A stretch of 38,322 nucleotides of DNA from a virus (Duplodnaviria; Caudoviricetes). Positions 18,270-25,935 of the stretch are shown here, one piece after another (positions within the stretch are counted from its first letter, which is position 1; the number at the start of each line of letters is the position of its first letter). A program made the translations under genes and the position numbers. The notes beneath the pieces are model-generated. The model ran no database searches. It worked only from the letters and a program-made list of their open reading frames with translations, and was not told the DNA's origin. The stretch is from positions 1 through 38,322 of IMG/VR virus record IMGVR_UViG_3300028588_000052. The stretch is one strand, 5' to 3'.

Positions 18270-18773
18270 CTACGATGCCCTTTTCGCATCTCGCCACGCC
18301 TTGATGCGAGCAGCATTACCGGCTTTGCATGTGCGGCAACGGCACCCGTTTCGGTATGCCGACTGATTGCCGTGCACCTCTGTCTTGATTGGCGATGCAA
18401 AAGCTATGTCGTGAGGGCGGCGGACGTAGTTGTCTTTGAGGGGCCGGCAAAGTTCGCAGCGGCAGTTCTTCTTGCCGCTGCTGCCGCCACCGTGGCCAAC
18501 GCTGGCCTCGCTACGACTCTTCGCTGTGTGGCATGCAGAACAAAGAAGCTGGCACTTAGCGAGCTCGCCTGCTACGAAAGCTAGTGGCTTGTTCCACTGA
18601 GAGCCAATGTCGAACGCTTTTGAGGCGGGATCGACATGGTCAAATTCGAGCGATTCAGATGAGCCGCATTTGACGCAGCTTGGGTTTGCCCCGCCGACGT
18701 ACGCCAGAAACTCGTCTCGCTTGCGCGCATAGCGTTCGTGGTCGTACTGGCGGCGGTCCCATGTCATACTCAT
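18270..18773 (-). CDS. Free-standing HNH endonuclease with two C-terminal HG..CRCxxC zinc-finger repeats
   Basis: 'CVKCGS..SLEFDHVDP..K...I...E..KCQLLCSACH..K', then 'HG...CRCELC' and 'HG..SAYRNGCRCRTC'; GAAGGAG RBS. Confidence 0.9.
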   Translation of the reverse strand: MSMTWDRRQYDHERYARKRDEFLAYVGGANPSCVKCGSSESLEFDHVDPASKAFDIGSQWNKPLAFVAGELAKCQLLCSACHTAKSRSEASVGHGGGSSGKKNCRCELCRPLKDNYVRRPHDIAFASPIKTEVHGNQSAYRNGCRCRTCKAGNAARIKAWRDAKRAS

Positions 18774-18841
18774 CGTGTTCGACTCCTTCAAAGTCGTTCC
18801 ATGGCCCCGGACGGTTGCACCCGTCGCGGGGTTCTTTCGTG

Positions 18842-18912
18842 CACACTCCCCAGGAATCGAACCCGGCCAAAGAGGTTTGGAAGCTCTTGTGCTGCCACTA
18901 CACCAGGAGCGC
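18842..18912 (-). tRNA. trnW: tRNA-Trp (CCA)
   Basis: Acceptor GCGCTCC/GGAGTGT; D arm GTGT-AGTGGCA-GCAC; anticodon arm AGAGC-TTCCAAA-CCTCT; T arm CCGGG-TTCGATT-CCTGG; discriminator G; no encoded CCA. Confidence 0.85.
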
Positions 18913-19039
18913 AGGTTCCCCGTATGCGTCTCCGGGGTCACGAGCTCGTATGTGTGTGCTCATCCTCGTGGTGGATGCTTGCGCCCGGTCCGCTCCCCGG
19001 GGCACCGTGTTGGGCTGGCTCTTGGCCTGATGCCCAACG

Positions 19040-19073
19040 AAAAATCCCCACCAGTGTCGGAACACGGTGGGGA
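19040..19073 (-). terminator. Intrinsic terminator in the late leader (tR'-like)
   Basis: TCCCCACC GTGT-TCCG-ACAC T GGTGGGGA followed by TTTTTCGTT. Confidence 0.65.
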
Positions 19074-19113
19074 GCAAGTCTGCCTCGGGACGTCGTTCAT
19101 CGAGGCAGGCACT

Positions 19114-19122
19114 ATTCTGTCA
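19114..19122 (-). promoter_or_regulatory. Possible extended -10 late promoter TG-A-CAGAAT
   Basis: Overlaps the stop codon of the last early gene, about 40 nt upstream of the terminator. Confidence 0.35.
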
Positions 19123-19803
19123 CACGTTGATGCTTTCCGCATCCTCCTTTTCGTCCGCGTGTCGCTCTTTGAGTTCGTCGCCGAGTTCAGCCATCGCTCC
19201 GACTCCGACCCATTCAGCTTTGCAGGCGGGGTTCTTGCAGATGGTGCGTGCTCGTGTCAGGTCGACTTCGTGGCGTGGGTATTCGACGAGCAGCATGTTG
19301 GGGTGCAGTTCACCGTCAGTGTCAACCCAGGGTGATGGTCCGCAGATGGGGCATGGGTAGCCGGCTTCGAACGTCTTGGGCGGTTCGGTGCGTGAACGGA
19401 TCTGGTCAGCCCATCGCCGCAGCTGCCCGAGGTACCACTGTTCGCTGTCGAAGTCGGCGCGTCCGATGTACGCGGTGTACCACTTGCGCAACGTTCCGGG
19501 TAGGTCGCGTCTGTCCCCGACTGTGCCGACCCAGGCGCACATGTCGAGCAGCTGCTTCTGGATGAGCAACAGTTCGTAGAGCGCTTGGCTGTCGAGGACG
19601 TTTCGGGATGATGCGGATGCTGATTGTCCGCCGTGGTCGTTGCTTCCGCCTGGTAGCACGGCGTCTGCCAACTGTTGCAGCAACGCCGGGTGTTCGACGG
19701 GGACTGTGCGGATGTAGGTGCCGTCGTCTGCTGTCTGTTTCACATGGTCGATGGTGGGTTTGGTGAGTGCGTCGACCGCGTCGAGCAAACGGTTGTCATT
19801 CAT
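19120..19803 (-). CDS. Putative late transcriptional regulator (DUF7340/7341-like, C-terminal Zn ribbon)
   Basis: 'L.DAVDALT.P...H..LL.QL..AV', 'CPICG...C...ACKAEW'; last early gene before the late leader. Confidence 0.55.
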   Translation of the reverse strand: MNDNRLLDAVDALTKPTIDHVKQTADDGTYIRTVPVEHPALLQQLADAVLPGGSNDHGGQSASASSRNVLDSQALYELLLIQKQLLDMCAWVGTVGDRRDLPGTLRKWYTAYIGRADFDSEQWYLGQLRRWADQIRSRTEPPKTFEAGYPCPICGPSPWVDTDGELHPNMLLVEYPRHEVDLTRARTICKNPACKAEWVGVGAMAELGDELKERHADEKEDAESINV

Positions 19804-19943
19804 TCGTCTTCCTCGTATCCGATGTCGTGCACTGGAAAAAATGGGTACCGCCATACGCGAAACGGGCTAGGAACCTGAGTTCCTAGCCCGTCAATACCTG
19901 ACGCTTCGTCGCGCATCGCTTTGCGTAAGGCGTGTTCATCCAT
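19800..19943 (-). CDS. Small hypothetical protein
   Basis: MDEHALRKAMRDEASG...; overlaps both neighbours in coupled fashion. Confidence 0.4.
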   Translation of the reverse strand: MDEHALRKAMRDEASGIDGLGTQVPSPFRVWRYPFFPVHDIGYEEDE

Positions 19944-20193
19944 GTGTGTCATCTGTTCCGTTGAGAATGTTCCCAACTGCGCGGGCGAGCTCGTGCAGGT
20001 CGTGGGTGGACTCGAACTCGGTGTGGGCGCTGCGGATGGCTGCGAGGGTGCTGGCGTCCTGGATTGCCAGGCGGAGCCAGCTTTCGTCGCCTGCTGCGCC
20101 TTCCGATCGGGCCTGATCCGCGAGCACTCCGAGCGCCCACTGCACATAGGCGTCGTCACCTCGTTGCGGGTGGTCGGCGGTTTGGTCACCCAC
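19936..20193 (-). CDS. Hypothetical protein
   Basis: 85-aa ORF with an AGGGAG RBS in the early operon. Confidence 0.55.
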   Translation of the reverse strand: MGDQTADHPQRGDDAYVQWALGVLADQARSEGAAGDESWLRLAIQDASTLAAIRSAHTEFESTHDLHELARAVGNILNGTDDTHG

Positions 20194-20932
20194 GGTCGTC
20201 TCCCTTCGGGCGCATCACGTCGCGGATCGTGGACGGGTCGATATCGGCCTGAGTGCACCAGCGCCACGAGTCGGTGCTGATCGCGCGGCCGTCCTGCGTG
20301 ACCACCCAGTGCGCCGGATTCATCCAGCCGCGCGGGTTGCCAATGAACGTCGTCCCCGGTGCCATGTCTTCGATGCGTGGCGGCTCGGGCTCTGGCCGCG
20401 CGCTGATACGACCCACGTTGCCGCCGAACACCCGACTGCACAGTCGGACCTGCCAGGGGTCGAGTGCCGCGCCGAGCAGGCTTTCGGCGAACTCGATCAA
20501 GCGGTCAGCGTCAGTGCCGTTTGCCGTGCGAACCGGCGCTGGGATCGGGGCGATGACCCGGTTCGGGCAGGTGTCCCAGTGCCGCGCGTACATCGCGAGC
20601 CACGCGTCGTCGTATGGTCCGCCGCACGAGTCGCAGAACGGCTCCAACTCGCCGCTCGGCGCGCTCGGGGACGGCTGCGAGAACAGGGCGACCAACCGGT
20701 CTTCCAATCCTAGGCCGACACCGTAATCCAGGTCGTGCCGCCACCGGTTGACGACCTCCGCGATTTGCTCGCGCGTGGGCGGCTGCACGGACGCACGCAC
20801 CTCGTCCTCGTGTGCCTGCATCCACCGGTCGAACTCTTCCCGGTGTTCGCCGGCTGATGCGATGAACGTGTCGCGCATGACGCGTACGTATGCGTCGCGG
20901 ACTTGTTCTGTGGTTGGTGTGTAGTCAGTCAT
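20186..20932 (-). CDS. Mosaic hypothetical protein (MTDYTPTTEQVRDAY...EFDRW family)
   Basis: GGAGG RBS before ATG 20932; N-terminus of a kind common in Microbacteriaceae phages; internal CxxC...H..C. Confidence 0.65.
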   Translation of the reverse strand: MTDYTPTTEQVRDAYVRVMRDTFIASAGEHREEFDRWMQAHEDEVRASVQPPTREQIAEVVNRWRHDLDYGVGLGLEDRLVALFSQPSPSAPSGELEPFCDSCGGPYDDAWLAMYARHWDTCPNRVIAPIPAPVRTANGTDADRLIEFAESLLGAALDPWQVRLCSRVFGGNVGRISARPEPEPPRIEDMAPGTTFIGNPRGWMNPAHWVVTQDGRAISTDSWRWCTQADIDPSTIRDVMRPKGDDRG

Positions 20933-21025
20933 CAAGCACCTCCATGGAAGAACACCGATAGCCAGCAGAACCCAATGACTGCAGCCAAAAACCATGCGAG
21001 CGCCACCCCAGACTGATACCACGAA

Positions 21026-21115
21026 TCAGGCTTTTTCATCTTTCGGCTCCCATCCGAATTCGCGCATGCCGCAGATGCCACCGCATGTTGGGCAGGCGTC
21101 GGCGGTCATGCTCAT
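21026..21115 (-). CDS. 29-aa peptide with CPTCG motif
   Basis: TGATG-coupled to ssb; MSMTADACPTCGGICGMREFGWEPKDEKA. Confidence 0.35.
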   Translation of the reverse strand: MSMTADACPTCGGICGMREFGWEPKDEKA

Positions 21116-21561
21116 CACCACGGCACTTCCGCGTCTGCGATCTGTCCTGCCGTGGCCCAGGAGCCTGTCTGCGGGGCGTTTGCGGTCGGGGTGTCCCACT
21201 GCTGCTGCGGGGTGGTGTTCGGCGCTCCTGAGAGCTGCTGGCCCCTCTGTTCCGCAATGCGCACGTCCGTGGCCTTCACCACGAGGTCGTAGTACTTCTT
21301 GCCGTTCGACTCGCGAACCTCGGTGACCTCCGTACCGGTGATAGTCACGCGGTCGCCCTTGCGAAACTGAGTGAAGTCGATGCGCACCGGCTGGTCGTTC
21401 GCGTATCCCCCCTTCACGGTCCGGAACGTGCGTGCTGTCGTCACCCACTGGTCGCCGTCCTTCTTGCGGTGCGGCTCGGCGGTCTTCATCGCCCAGTCGG
21501 GATGCTGCGGGTTGTTCTGCGTCCAGTCCTCCACGAACGCGGTGTACTCGATCTTCGCCAT
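21115..21561 (-). CDS. ssb: Single-stranded DNA-binding protein
   Basis: OB-fold-like 'KGDRVTITG......W/V..NG....L.V.A..V', a Q/P-rich linker and an acidic 'EVPW' tail. Confidence 0.8.
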   Translation of the reverse strand: MAKIEYTAFVEDWTQNNPQHPDWAMKTAEPHRKKDGDQWVTTARTFRTVKGGYANDQPVRIDFTQFRKGDRVTITGTEVTEVRESNGKKYYDLVVKATDVRIAEQRGQQLSGAPNTTPQQQWDTPTANAPQTGSWATAGQIADAEVPW

Positions 21562-21881
21562 CAGTTGGCCTCTCCCTCGAACTTCGCCTGCAGCCGCGCG
21601 TACTCACGGCGCTCCCACTCATCTCGCTTAGCACGCGAGGATGCAAGGAATTTGTCGCGATCAGCAATCTCCTGTTCGGTAGCCGGCCGAACCCACTGAA
21701 TTGACCCGCTGAACATCAGGTCGCCGAAGTCGTACTCGTAGCCGCGCTCTTCAAGTTCGCGAAGCACCTCGTCAAGAGTCGCTTTGCCGTGAAGCGAAAG
21801 CGTGTGTCGACGCATCGTTCCGTCAACACCACTGTCCGCCCAGCCTGCGTTGTGGTAGAAGCTGTGCTGGTCCTTACTCAT
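21561..21881 (-). CDS. Hypothetical protein
   Basis: Coupled ORF; C-terminal 'ERREYARLQAKFE' is common in phage hypotheticals. Confidence 0.65.
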   Translation of the reverse strand: MSKDQHSFYHNAGWADSGVDGTMRRHTLSLHGKATLDEVLRELEERGYEYDFGDLMFSGSIQWVRPATEQEIADRDKFLASSRAKRDEWERREYARLQAKFEGEAN

Positions 21882-22189
21882 GCTGCCTTCTTTCTCGTCC
21901 GGTACGCCTCGATGGACGCTTCGATCTGTTGATGTTGTTCGGTTGTGTTGAGTCGGATGGTGGTGTCGGCGTCTTCGAGTTGCAGTCGGTGGATTTCGCC
22001 GGCCATGTCCTCGTCGACGGGTTCACGGATGCGTTGCTGTTTCAGCCACTCATGCGCATGCCGCATCTCGTGGTCCCGCCGTGATCCGGGACGTTCATGG
22101 TCGAGGTCCCCGTGCACGCGCATCCGTTCCGACTCGAGCGCTACCGGGTTGATAGAGGCGATGAAGTTCGCCCACGCGTCATCGGTCAC
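21878..22189 (-). CDS. Hypothetical protein
   Basis: GTGA/ATGA coupled on both sides. Confidence 0.55.
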   Translation of the reverse strand: MTDDAWANFIASINPVALESERMRVHGDLDHERPGSRRDHEMRHAHEWLKQQRIREPVDEDMAGEIHRLQLEDADTTIRLNTTEQHQQIEASIEAYRTRKKAA

Positions 22190-22416
22190 CGCAACCGGCC
22201 CTTGTACTGGCGGCGCACAGGCAGCGCGCCTGAAGTCTCGGGAAGCGCGCGCCAGATGGACTCTTCGTGTGTACCGGCCGGAAACGCTGCCTCCGGTGGC
22301 CAGTTGCCCTTACTGCGGTAGCCCGGCGCGATGTACAGCGGATGGCCCGACTGCTCCCACGGATGATCGGGGTGGTAGCTGTTTGTGCCGTCCGGATCCA
22401 ACTCAGTTCCGCTCAT
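22186..22416 (-). CDS. Hypothetical protein
   Basis: ATG 22416 (MSGTELDPDG...) overlapping the upstream gene end. Confidence 0.5.
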   Translation of the reverse strand: MSGTELDPDGTNSYHPDHPWEQSGHPLYIAPGYRSKGNWPPEAAFPAGTHEESIWRALPETSGALPVRRQYKGRLR

Positions 22417-22759
22417 CTGCTCGTTCCTTCCGGTAATGCTCGATCCACTGCTGCACTTCCGTTTCATGTGCTGCCCGGTCGAGTGTGATCTCTGTTGGGG
22501 TGAGTGCTGCTTGCCGTTGCGTTTCGATGCGGACAGCACGGTCGTGTGCGTCTTGAACACGTTTCGATCCAGAGTGCACATGTCCGGGCTTCAGGTACTC
22601 CGTTGATTCCTTGAAGTGGAGGACGACGGCTTGCTGTGCGACGTTCAACGACAGGTGGCCGAGTGCTTGCTGCCAGACAACAACCGTTTCCCGGGTCACG
22701 TTGCGGTTGTCGTACGCCGCGATGACGGTGAGCAGTTTCGCGGTTTCGTCTAGATCCAT
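22403..22759 (-). CDS. Helicase loader/inhibitor-like protein (SPP1 G39P-like)
   Basis: 'E..KLL..I.AYDNR......W...L..L....A..AV..H......KP.HV'; directly downstream of the initiator. Confidence 0.65.
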   Translation of the reverse strand: MDLDETAKLLTVIAAYDNRNVTRETVVVWQQALGHLSLNVAQQAVVLHFKESTEYLKPGHVHSGSKRVQDAHDRAVRIETQRQAALTPTEITLDRAAHETEVQQWIEHYRKERADERN

Positions 22760-23589
22760 CCGTCTGCCTCCAATGCGGGCTGATCGGTGCTGAACGTGCC
22801 GACTAGGGATGCGGCACGTTGGGCAGCGGTCGGGCGCGACGACGACACGGGCGCACCTTGACGTTGCTGGGCAAACTGCGCGTCCTTCTGCAGCCAGTTC
22901 GTGAACGCGGTGTTCCAGTTCTTCTGACGGCGGTGGTTACGGCGGGCGTGGTCGACGAACCGTTCGAAGGTGCGCTGTTTGTCGAGGTGCAGTGAGTCGG
23001 CAAGGTCGATGTGCTTCTGGTTGGGTCGCCAGGAGTCATCGAGCAGTGTTCCGGCGTCGGACGCGTCAGCGTCAGACAGAAGTAGTTGTGTTGTCTCTGT
23101 CTCTGTCTCTGTCTCTGTCTCTGTCTCTGTCTCTGTCTCTGTCTCTGTCTCTGTAATAGCTAGGGGTGAACTAGGGGTAGTGCTAGCGTTTTGCTCTAGC
23201 AGATCCGTAGCAGGTGCTAGCGATGTGCTACCCCTCTTGGCAGCTTTTGCTAGCCCACCCCTACGTCCAGCCTCCCGTTTCGCCTCGATATCAGCGTTCG
23301 TGGTCTGGTGTTCCGCGAAGTCATGGATCATGTAACCGTCCACGCCATCCTTCACATGCGGCTGCCAAGACGGACGCTCGGGATCGTTGCCGGTGAGCTC
23401 GGTGATGACGTCGCGGCCCCACTTGCGTTCAGCGATGCGAGCTGCGAGAAACCCGTCAGTGAGCTGTCTCCTTGAGTACAGGGTCGCTTCGACCAGCGCA
23501 CGGAAGCCGGCGTCGGACAGGAGCATGATTTTCGGGTGCTCGTCCATCGCTATGTCAAAGCGTGCGTAGAGCCTGTCGTCCTTCGGCAC
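22750..23589 (-). CDS. Replication initiator (lambda O / DnaD-like architecture)
   Basis: AAGGAGG RBS with GTG 23589; 'D..DEHPKI..LSD.GFR......YS..Q.TDG...GY.IHD..EHQ' N-domain, (TE)10 linker, 'W.P...F.DH......NW..AF.NW' C-domain. Confidence 0.8.
   Translation of the reverse strand: MPKDDRLYARFDIAMDEHPKIMLLSDAGFRALVEATLYSRRQLTDGFLAARIAERKWGRDVITELTGNDPERPSWQPHVKDGVDGYMIHDFAEHQTTNADIEAKREAGRRGGLAKAAKRGSTSLAPATDLLEQNASTTPSSPLAITETETETETETETETETETETTQLLLSDADASDAGTLLDDSWRPNQKHIDLADSLHLDKQRTFERFVDHARRNHRRQKNWNTAFTNWLQKDAQFAQQRQGAPVSSSRPTAAQRAASLVGTFSTDQPALEADGWI
23092..23154. repeat. Perfect hexanucleotide microsatellite (TGTCTC)10.5 encoding (Thr-Glu)10
   Basis: Direct count: 10 full units 23092-23151 plus TGT. 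Confidence 0.95.
23158..23254. promoter_or_regulatory. Putative replication origin (iteron cluster) inside the initiator gene
   Basis: Six CTAG-centred motifs (GCTAGC x3, CTAGGGGT x2, TCTAGC) within about 95 bp. Confidence 0.6.
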
Positions 23590-23608
23590 TGTTCCTCCTT
23601 TCGGAACG

Positions 23609-23911
23609 TCATGCGTTTCTCCTGAGGTGCTGCATGTCCGAGATGTCCCGTCGCTGTCGATCGGCTGGGGCACCGCGTTCGTAGTCGGCGAGCCATGCCT
23701 CTTGCGTGCTCCACAGCACCGTGGCGATGCAGGCATGGTCGTCAGTGAGGCCGAGAGCGATACGGCCTTTCGTGTACGTCCACTTCTGATGCTTGACGGA
23801 CCAGTGGATGCGTTCCGGGTGTTCGTATGCGCCGCGGATTTCGTCACCCGTCACGCCCATCTCGAGTGCTCGTTGCAATGCGTGCGCTGAGACGGTGAAC
23901 TGCGCGGTCAT
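23609..23911 (-). CDS. DUF4258-like protein (RelE/BrnT-like fold candidate)
   Basis: 'S.HALQR..E.GVT..EI.....P............GR.......I.TV' pattern. Confidence 0.6.
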   Translation of the reverse strand: MTAQFTVSAHALQRALEMGVTGDEIRGAYEHPERIHWSVKHQKWTYTKGRIALGLTDDHACIATVLWSTQEAWLADYERGAPADRQRRDISDMQHLRRNA

Positions 23912-24288
23912 CGTTCCCACTCCGTCGTCCACAGCTCAATTTCCGTCCGTGGGTTGTCGCGATCGAGGTGCTTCGATGCGATGAGGGACACGATCTGCGA
24001 GTCGTCTTCCCAGGCGAGCTCGTTGAGTGCGTCGAGTGGAATCTTTGCCAGGTTGTCGAGATCGACCCGTCGCATGCTGTCTCGGAAGAATCGCAGTCGA
24101 ACCCTCAGCGGGCCAGTCACAGGCGATTCGATCGTGTGTCGGATGCCGAGGTTGTCGCGGAACGACGAAGCCACTCGAGCTTCTGCATCTCGAGTGGCTT
24201 GTGTGGTGTATCCGCGGCCCCGTCCGAACCGTGGGCGTTCCTTCGGTTTCGGATTGCCTTCGACTGTGAAGGTGACGATCTTGATCAC
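23908..24288 (-). CDS. rusA: RusA Holliday junction resolvase
   Basis: 'G.P.PK.RPR', 'D.DNL.K..LDALN..AW.DD.QI' and 'PRTEI' motifs. Confidence 0.92.
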   Translation of the reverse strand: MIKIVTFTVEGNPKPKERPRFGRGRGYTTQATRDAEARVASSFRDNLGIRHTIESPVTGPLRVRLRFFRDSMRRVDLDNLAKIPLDALNELAWEDDSQIVSLIASKHLDRDNPRTEIELWTTEWER

Positions 24289-24806
24289 GTCGCCACCGTT
24301 TCCGGGTCAGCCCAGATCAAGAGCACGCACCCGAACGGTGGGCGGTCACCCTTTGGACCGATCGTGACGTCGCGGCGCTCGAAACGCATACGCCCCGGCA
24401 GGAACTCGGTAGTGAGGATCCTGCCGCGGCCGTCCCTGTACGGCTCGACGAGTTCCTGCCACCACTTTTGCTCGGGACGGTTGGCAGGGAGCAGCATTAC
24501 GATTCCCTTTGTGAACGGCCATTCCGACCATGCCTTCTTCACCCAGTCATACAGGTTCGAGTACGGCGGATTGCACCAGACTCGCTCGCCCGCCCAGCTC
24601 TGCTCGAGGCCGTCATCCTGTCGAGTGAAGTAGCGATCACACTTCGCGTTGTGCGGAGCGGCGGCGACGTCGAGAGTGAAGCCGCCAAAGCGCTCGTTCC
24701 ACGGATCGAAGTACTCGCGGTGAGTGCCGCGGTCATCAACTTCATCGAGAGCGCCTCGAGTACCGGTCTGCTGCGGATGGTTCTGCGCCTTGAAACCTGC
24801 GAGCAT
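24285..24806 (-). CDS. Phage DNA N6-adenine methyltransferase (PF05869 Dam-type)
   Basis: 'D...T....F......F..FTLDVAA...NAKC..YFT..DDGL.QSW.G..VWCNPPYS', 'VMLLPA..E..WW' and 'GR..F'. Confidence 0.9.
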   Translation of the reverse strand: MLAGFKAQNHPQQTGTRGALDEVDDRGTHREYFDPWNERFGGFTLDVAAAPHNAKCDRYFTRQDDGLEQSWAGERVWCNPPYSNLYDWVKKAWSEWPFTKGIVMLLPANRPEQKWWQELVEPYRDGRGRILTTEFLPGRMRFERRDVTIGPKGDRPPFGCVLLIWADPETVAT

Positions 24807-25360
24807 CAGCTTGCCTCCCTTGCCGCGTTGAGTGCCGCCCGGATTTGCCCGAGTACGTCTTCCCCTGCGCCTGCGTTTTTGGCTGCGTGTCCGAGCGCGT
24901 TGAGGGCCGCGGGGTCGTTGCCGGCGGTGGTGAGTTCAGCGAGCCAGTCGACGGGTGCGGGTGCAGGCGCATCAGGCAGCGGCTGCACGGTGAACAGCGC
25001 GCTCTTGCCACGCTTGACGAGTAGGGGCACGGACAGCTTCTTGTCAATGCCGCTCATGTGGCTGATGCGCGTGCCACCAGTGACATCGTTGCCGAAGCGG
25101 ACTGTCTCGTCGCAGTACAAGGTGACGCGCTGGCCGATGTAGTTGTCCGCCTTGCTGCCCCAAGCCGCGACGATGACTCTGCGCATCGATTTTCCCGGAC
25201 GCCAGACTCGGGGAAACTCTCGGAGGTGGAAGTTGAACGGCTGGTCGGCGTTGTTCGCCGTCACACGCTCAATGGTGAACGTGCGCGGACCCGGCAGTAG
25301 GTCGATCGCATCGAGCTGGTCCGACTTCGCGGCGATGCTTTCGGTGAGGTCGATGGTCAT
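24806..25360 (-). CDS. Conserved recombination-module protein (partner of the YqaJ exonuclease; possible SSAP/SSB-like)
   Basis: 'I.AKSDQL.A.DL...P.T.TI..V...QP...P.KSMRRV....WG.....Y.G..VTLY.D..V.FG....GG.RISHMS.I' family, recognised as commonly next to YqaJ exonucleases. Confidence 0.6.
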   Translation of the reverse strand: MTIDLTESIAAKSDQLDAIDLLPGPRTFTIERVTANNADQPFNFHLREFPRVWRPGKSMRRVIVAAWGSKADNYIGQRVTLYCDETVRFGNDVTGGTRISHMSGIDKKLSVPLLVKRGKSALFTVQPLPDAPAPAPVDWLAELTTAGNDPAALNALGHAAKNAGAGEDVLGQIRAALNAAREAS

Positions 25361-25935
25361 GCTGACTCCTTGCTTTGGTCCCGCAACGACGCGGGCATGT
25401 GCTTATTTCGCCACTCAGTGACAACCGCTTCGGCTTCCTCGATCGTGTCGTAGACACCGAGGTATGGTCGCCAACCACCGACAACTGCCGATGCGCGCCA
25501 TTTCTGTTCTCGCGCCGACCAATAGACCCCACGAACACCGGAACGGTTACGGCTGGTTGGACCAGAACGGTTCTGCGCGTTAGTGCTATTGCTTGCTGGC
25601 CTCAGATGCGCTGGATTGACGCATGCATGGTTCCAGCAGATGTGGTCGAGGAGCTGTCCGCTTGGTATCGGCCCCGTGACGAGCTCGTAAGCGACTCGAT
25701 GCGCCAACTTGCTGCCGTGTCGCCCGTAGCCCTTACGGTCCACGAAGGCCGTCCAACGCCAGCAGTCACCCGACTTATCGACCTTTCGCCAGAACTGCTT
25801 TTGACCATCACCGCGCCAATCGCGGATCGGAGCCGACAGGTCGAGCCCCAGACGTTTGCGCTTGTAGTGAGTGGCGCAAAGCCCTGCTCGACGCGCGGGG
25901 CGCGCACAGGAAGGTTGCCCACACTCAACGCTCAT
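25357..25935 (-). CDS. HNH (HNH_3-type) homing endonuclease with C-terminal AP2-like DNA-binding domain
   Basis: 'FW.KVDKSGDCW.W....GYG....AHRVAYEL..GPIP....LDH.C.N..CVNP.HL.....N..N', then 'SG.RGV.W....KWRA......YLG.Y....EA'. Confidence 0.9.
   Translation of the reverse strand: MSVECGQPSCARPARRAGLCATHYKRKRLGLDLSAPIRDWRGDGQKQFWRKVDKSGDCWRWTAFVDRKGYGRHGSKLAHRVAYELVTGPIPSGQLLDHICWNHACVNPAHLRPASNSTNAQNRSGPTSRNRSGVRGVYWSAREQKWRASAVVGGWRPYLGVYDTIEEAEAVVTEWRNKHMPASLRDQSKESA

Noticed and set aside
18842-18912. Reading the tRNA as Gly(TCC) from the CTTCCAA string
   Set aside because: The stem register AGAGC/CCTCT places TTCCAAA as the loop (anticodon CCA), and the G discriminator fits Trp.
18237-18912. 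A tRNA split by a group I intron carrying the HNH
   Set aside because: No 5' half starting TGAGGTG with a D arm was found upstream, and no recognisable intron core elements.
23092-23254. CRISPR-like array
   Set aside because: The repeats are a 6-bp microsatellite and short iterons with no spacers, and there are no cas genes.
23609-24288. Type II toxin-antitoxin pair around DUF4258
   Set aside because: Its neighbours are rusA and the initiator; there is no antitoxin-like gene.
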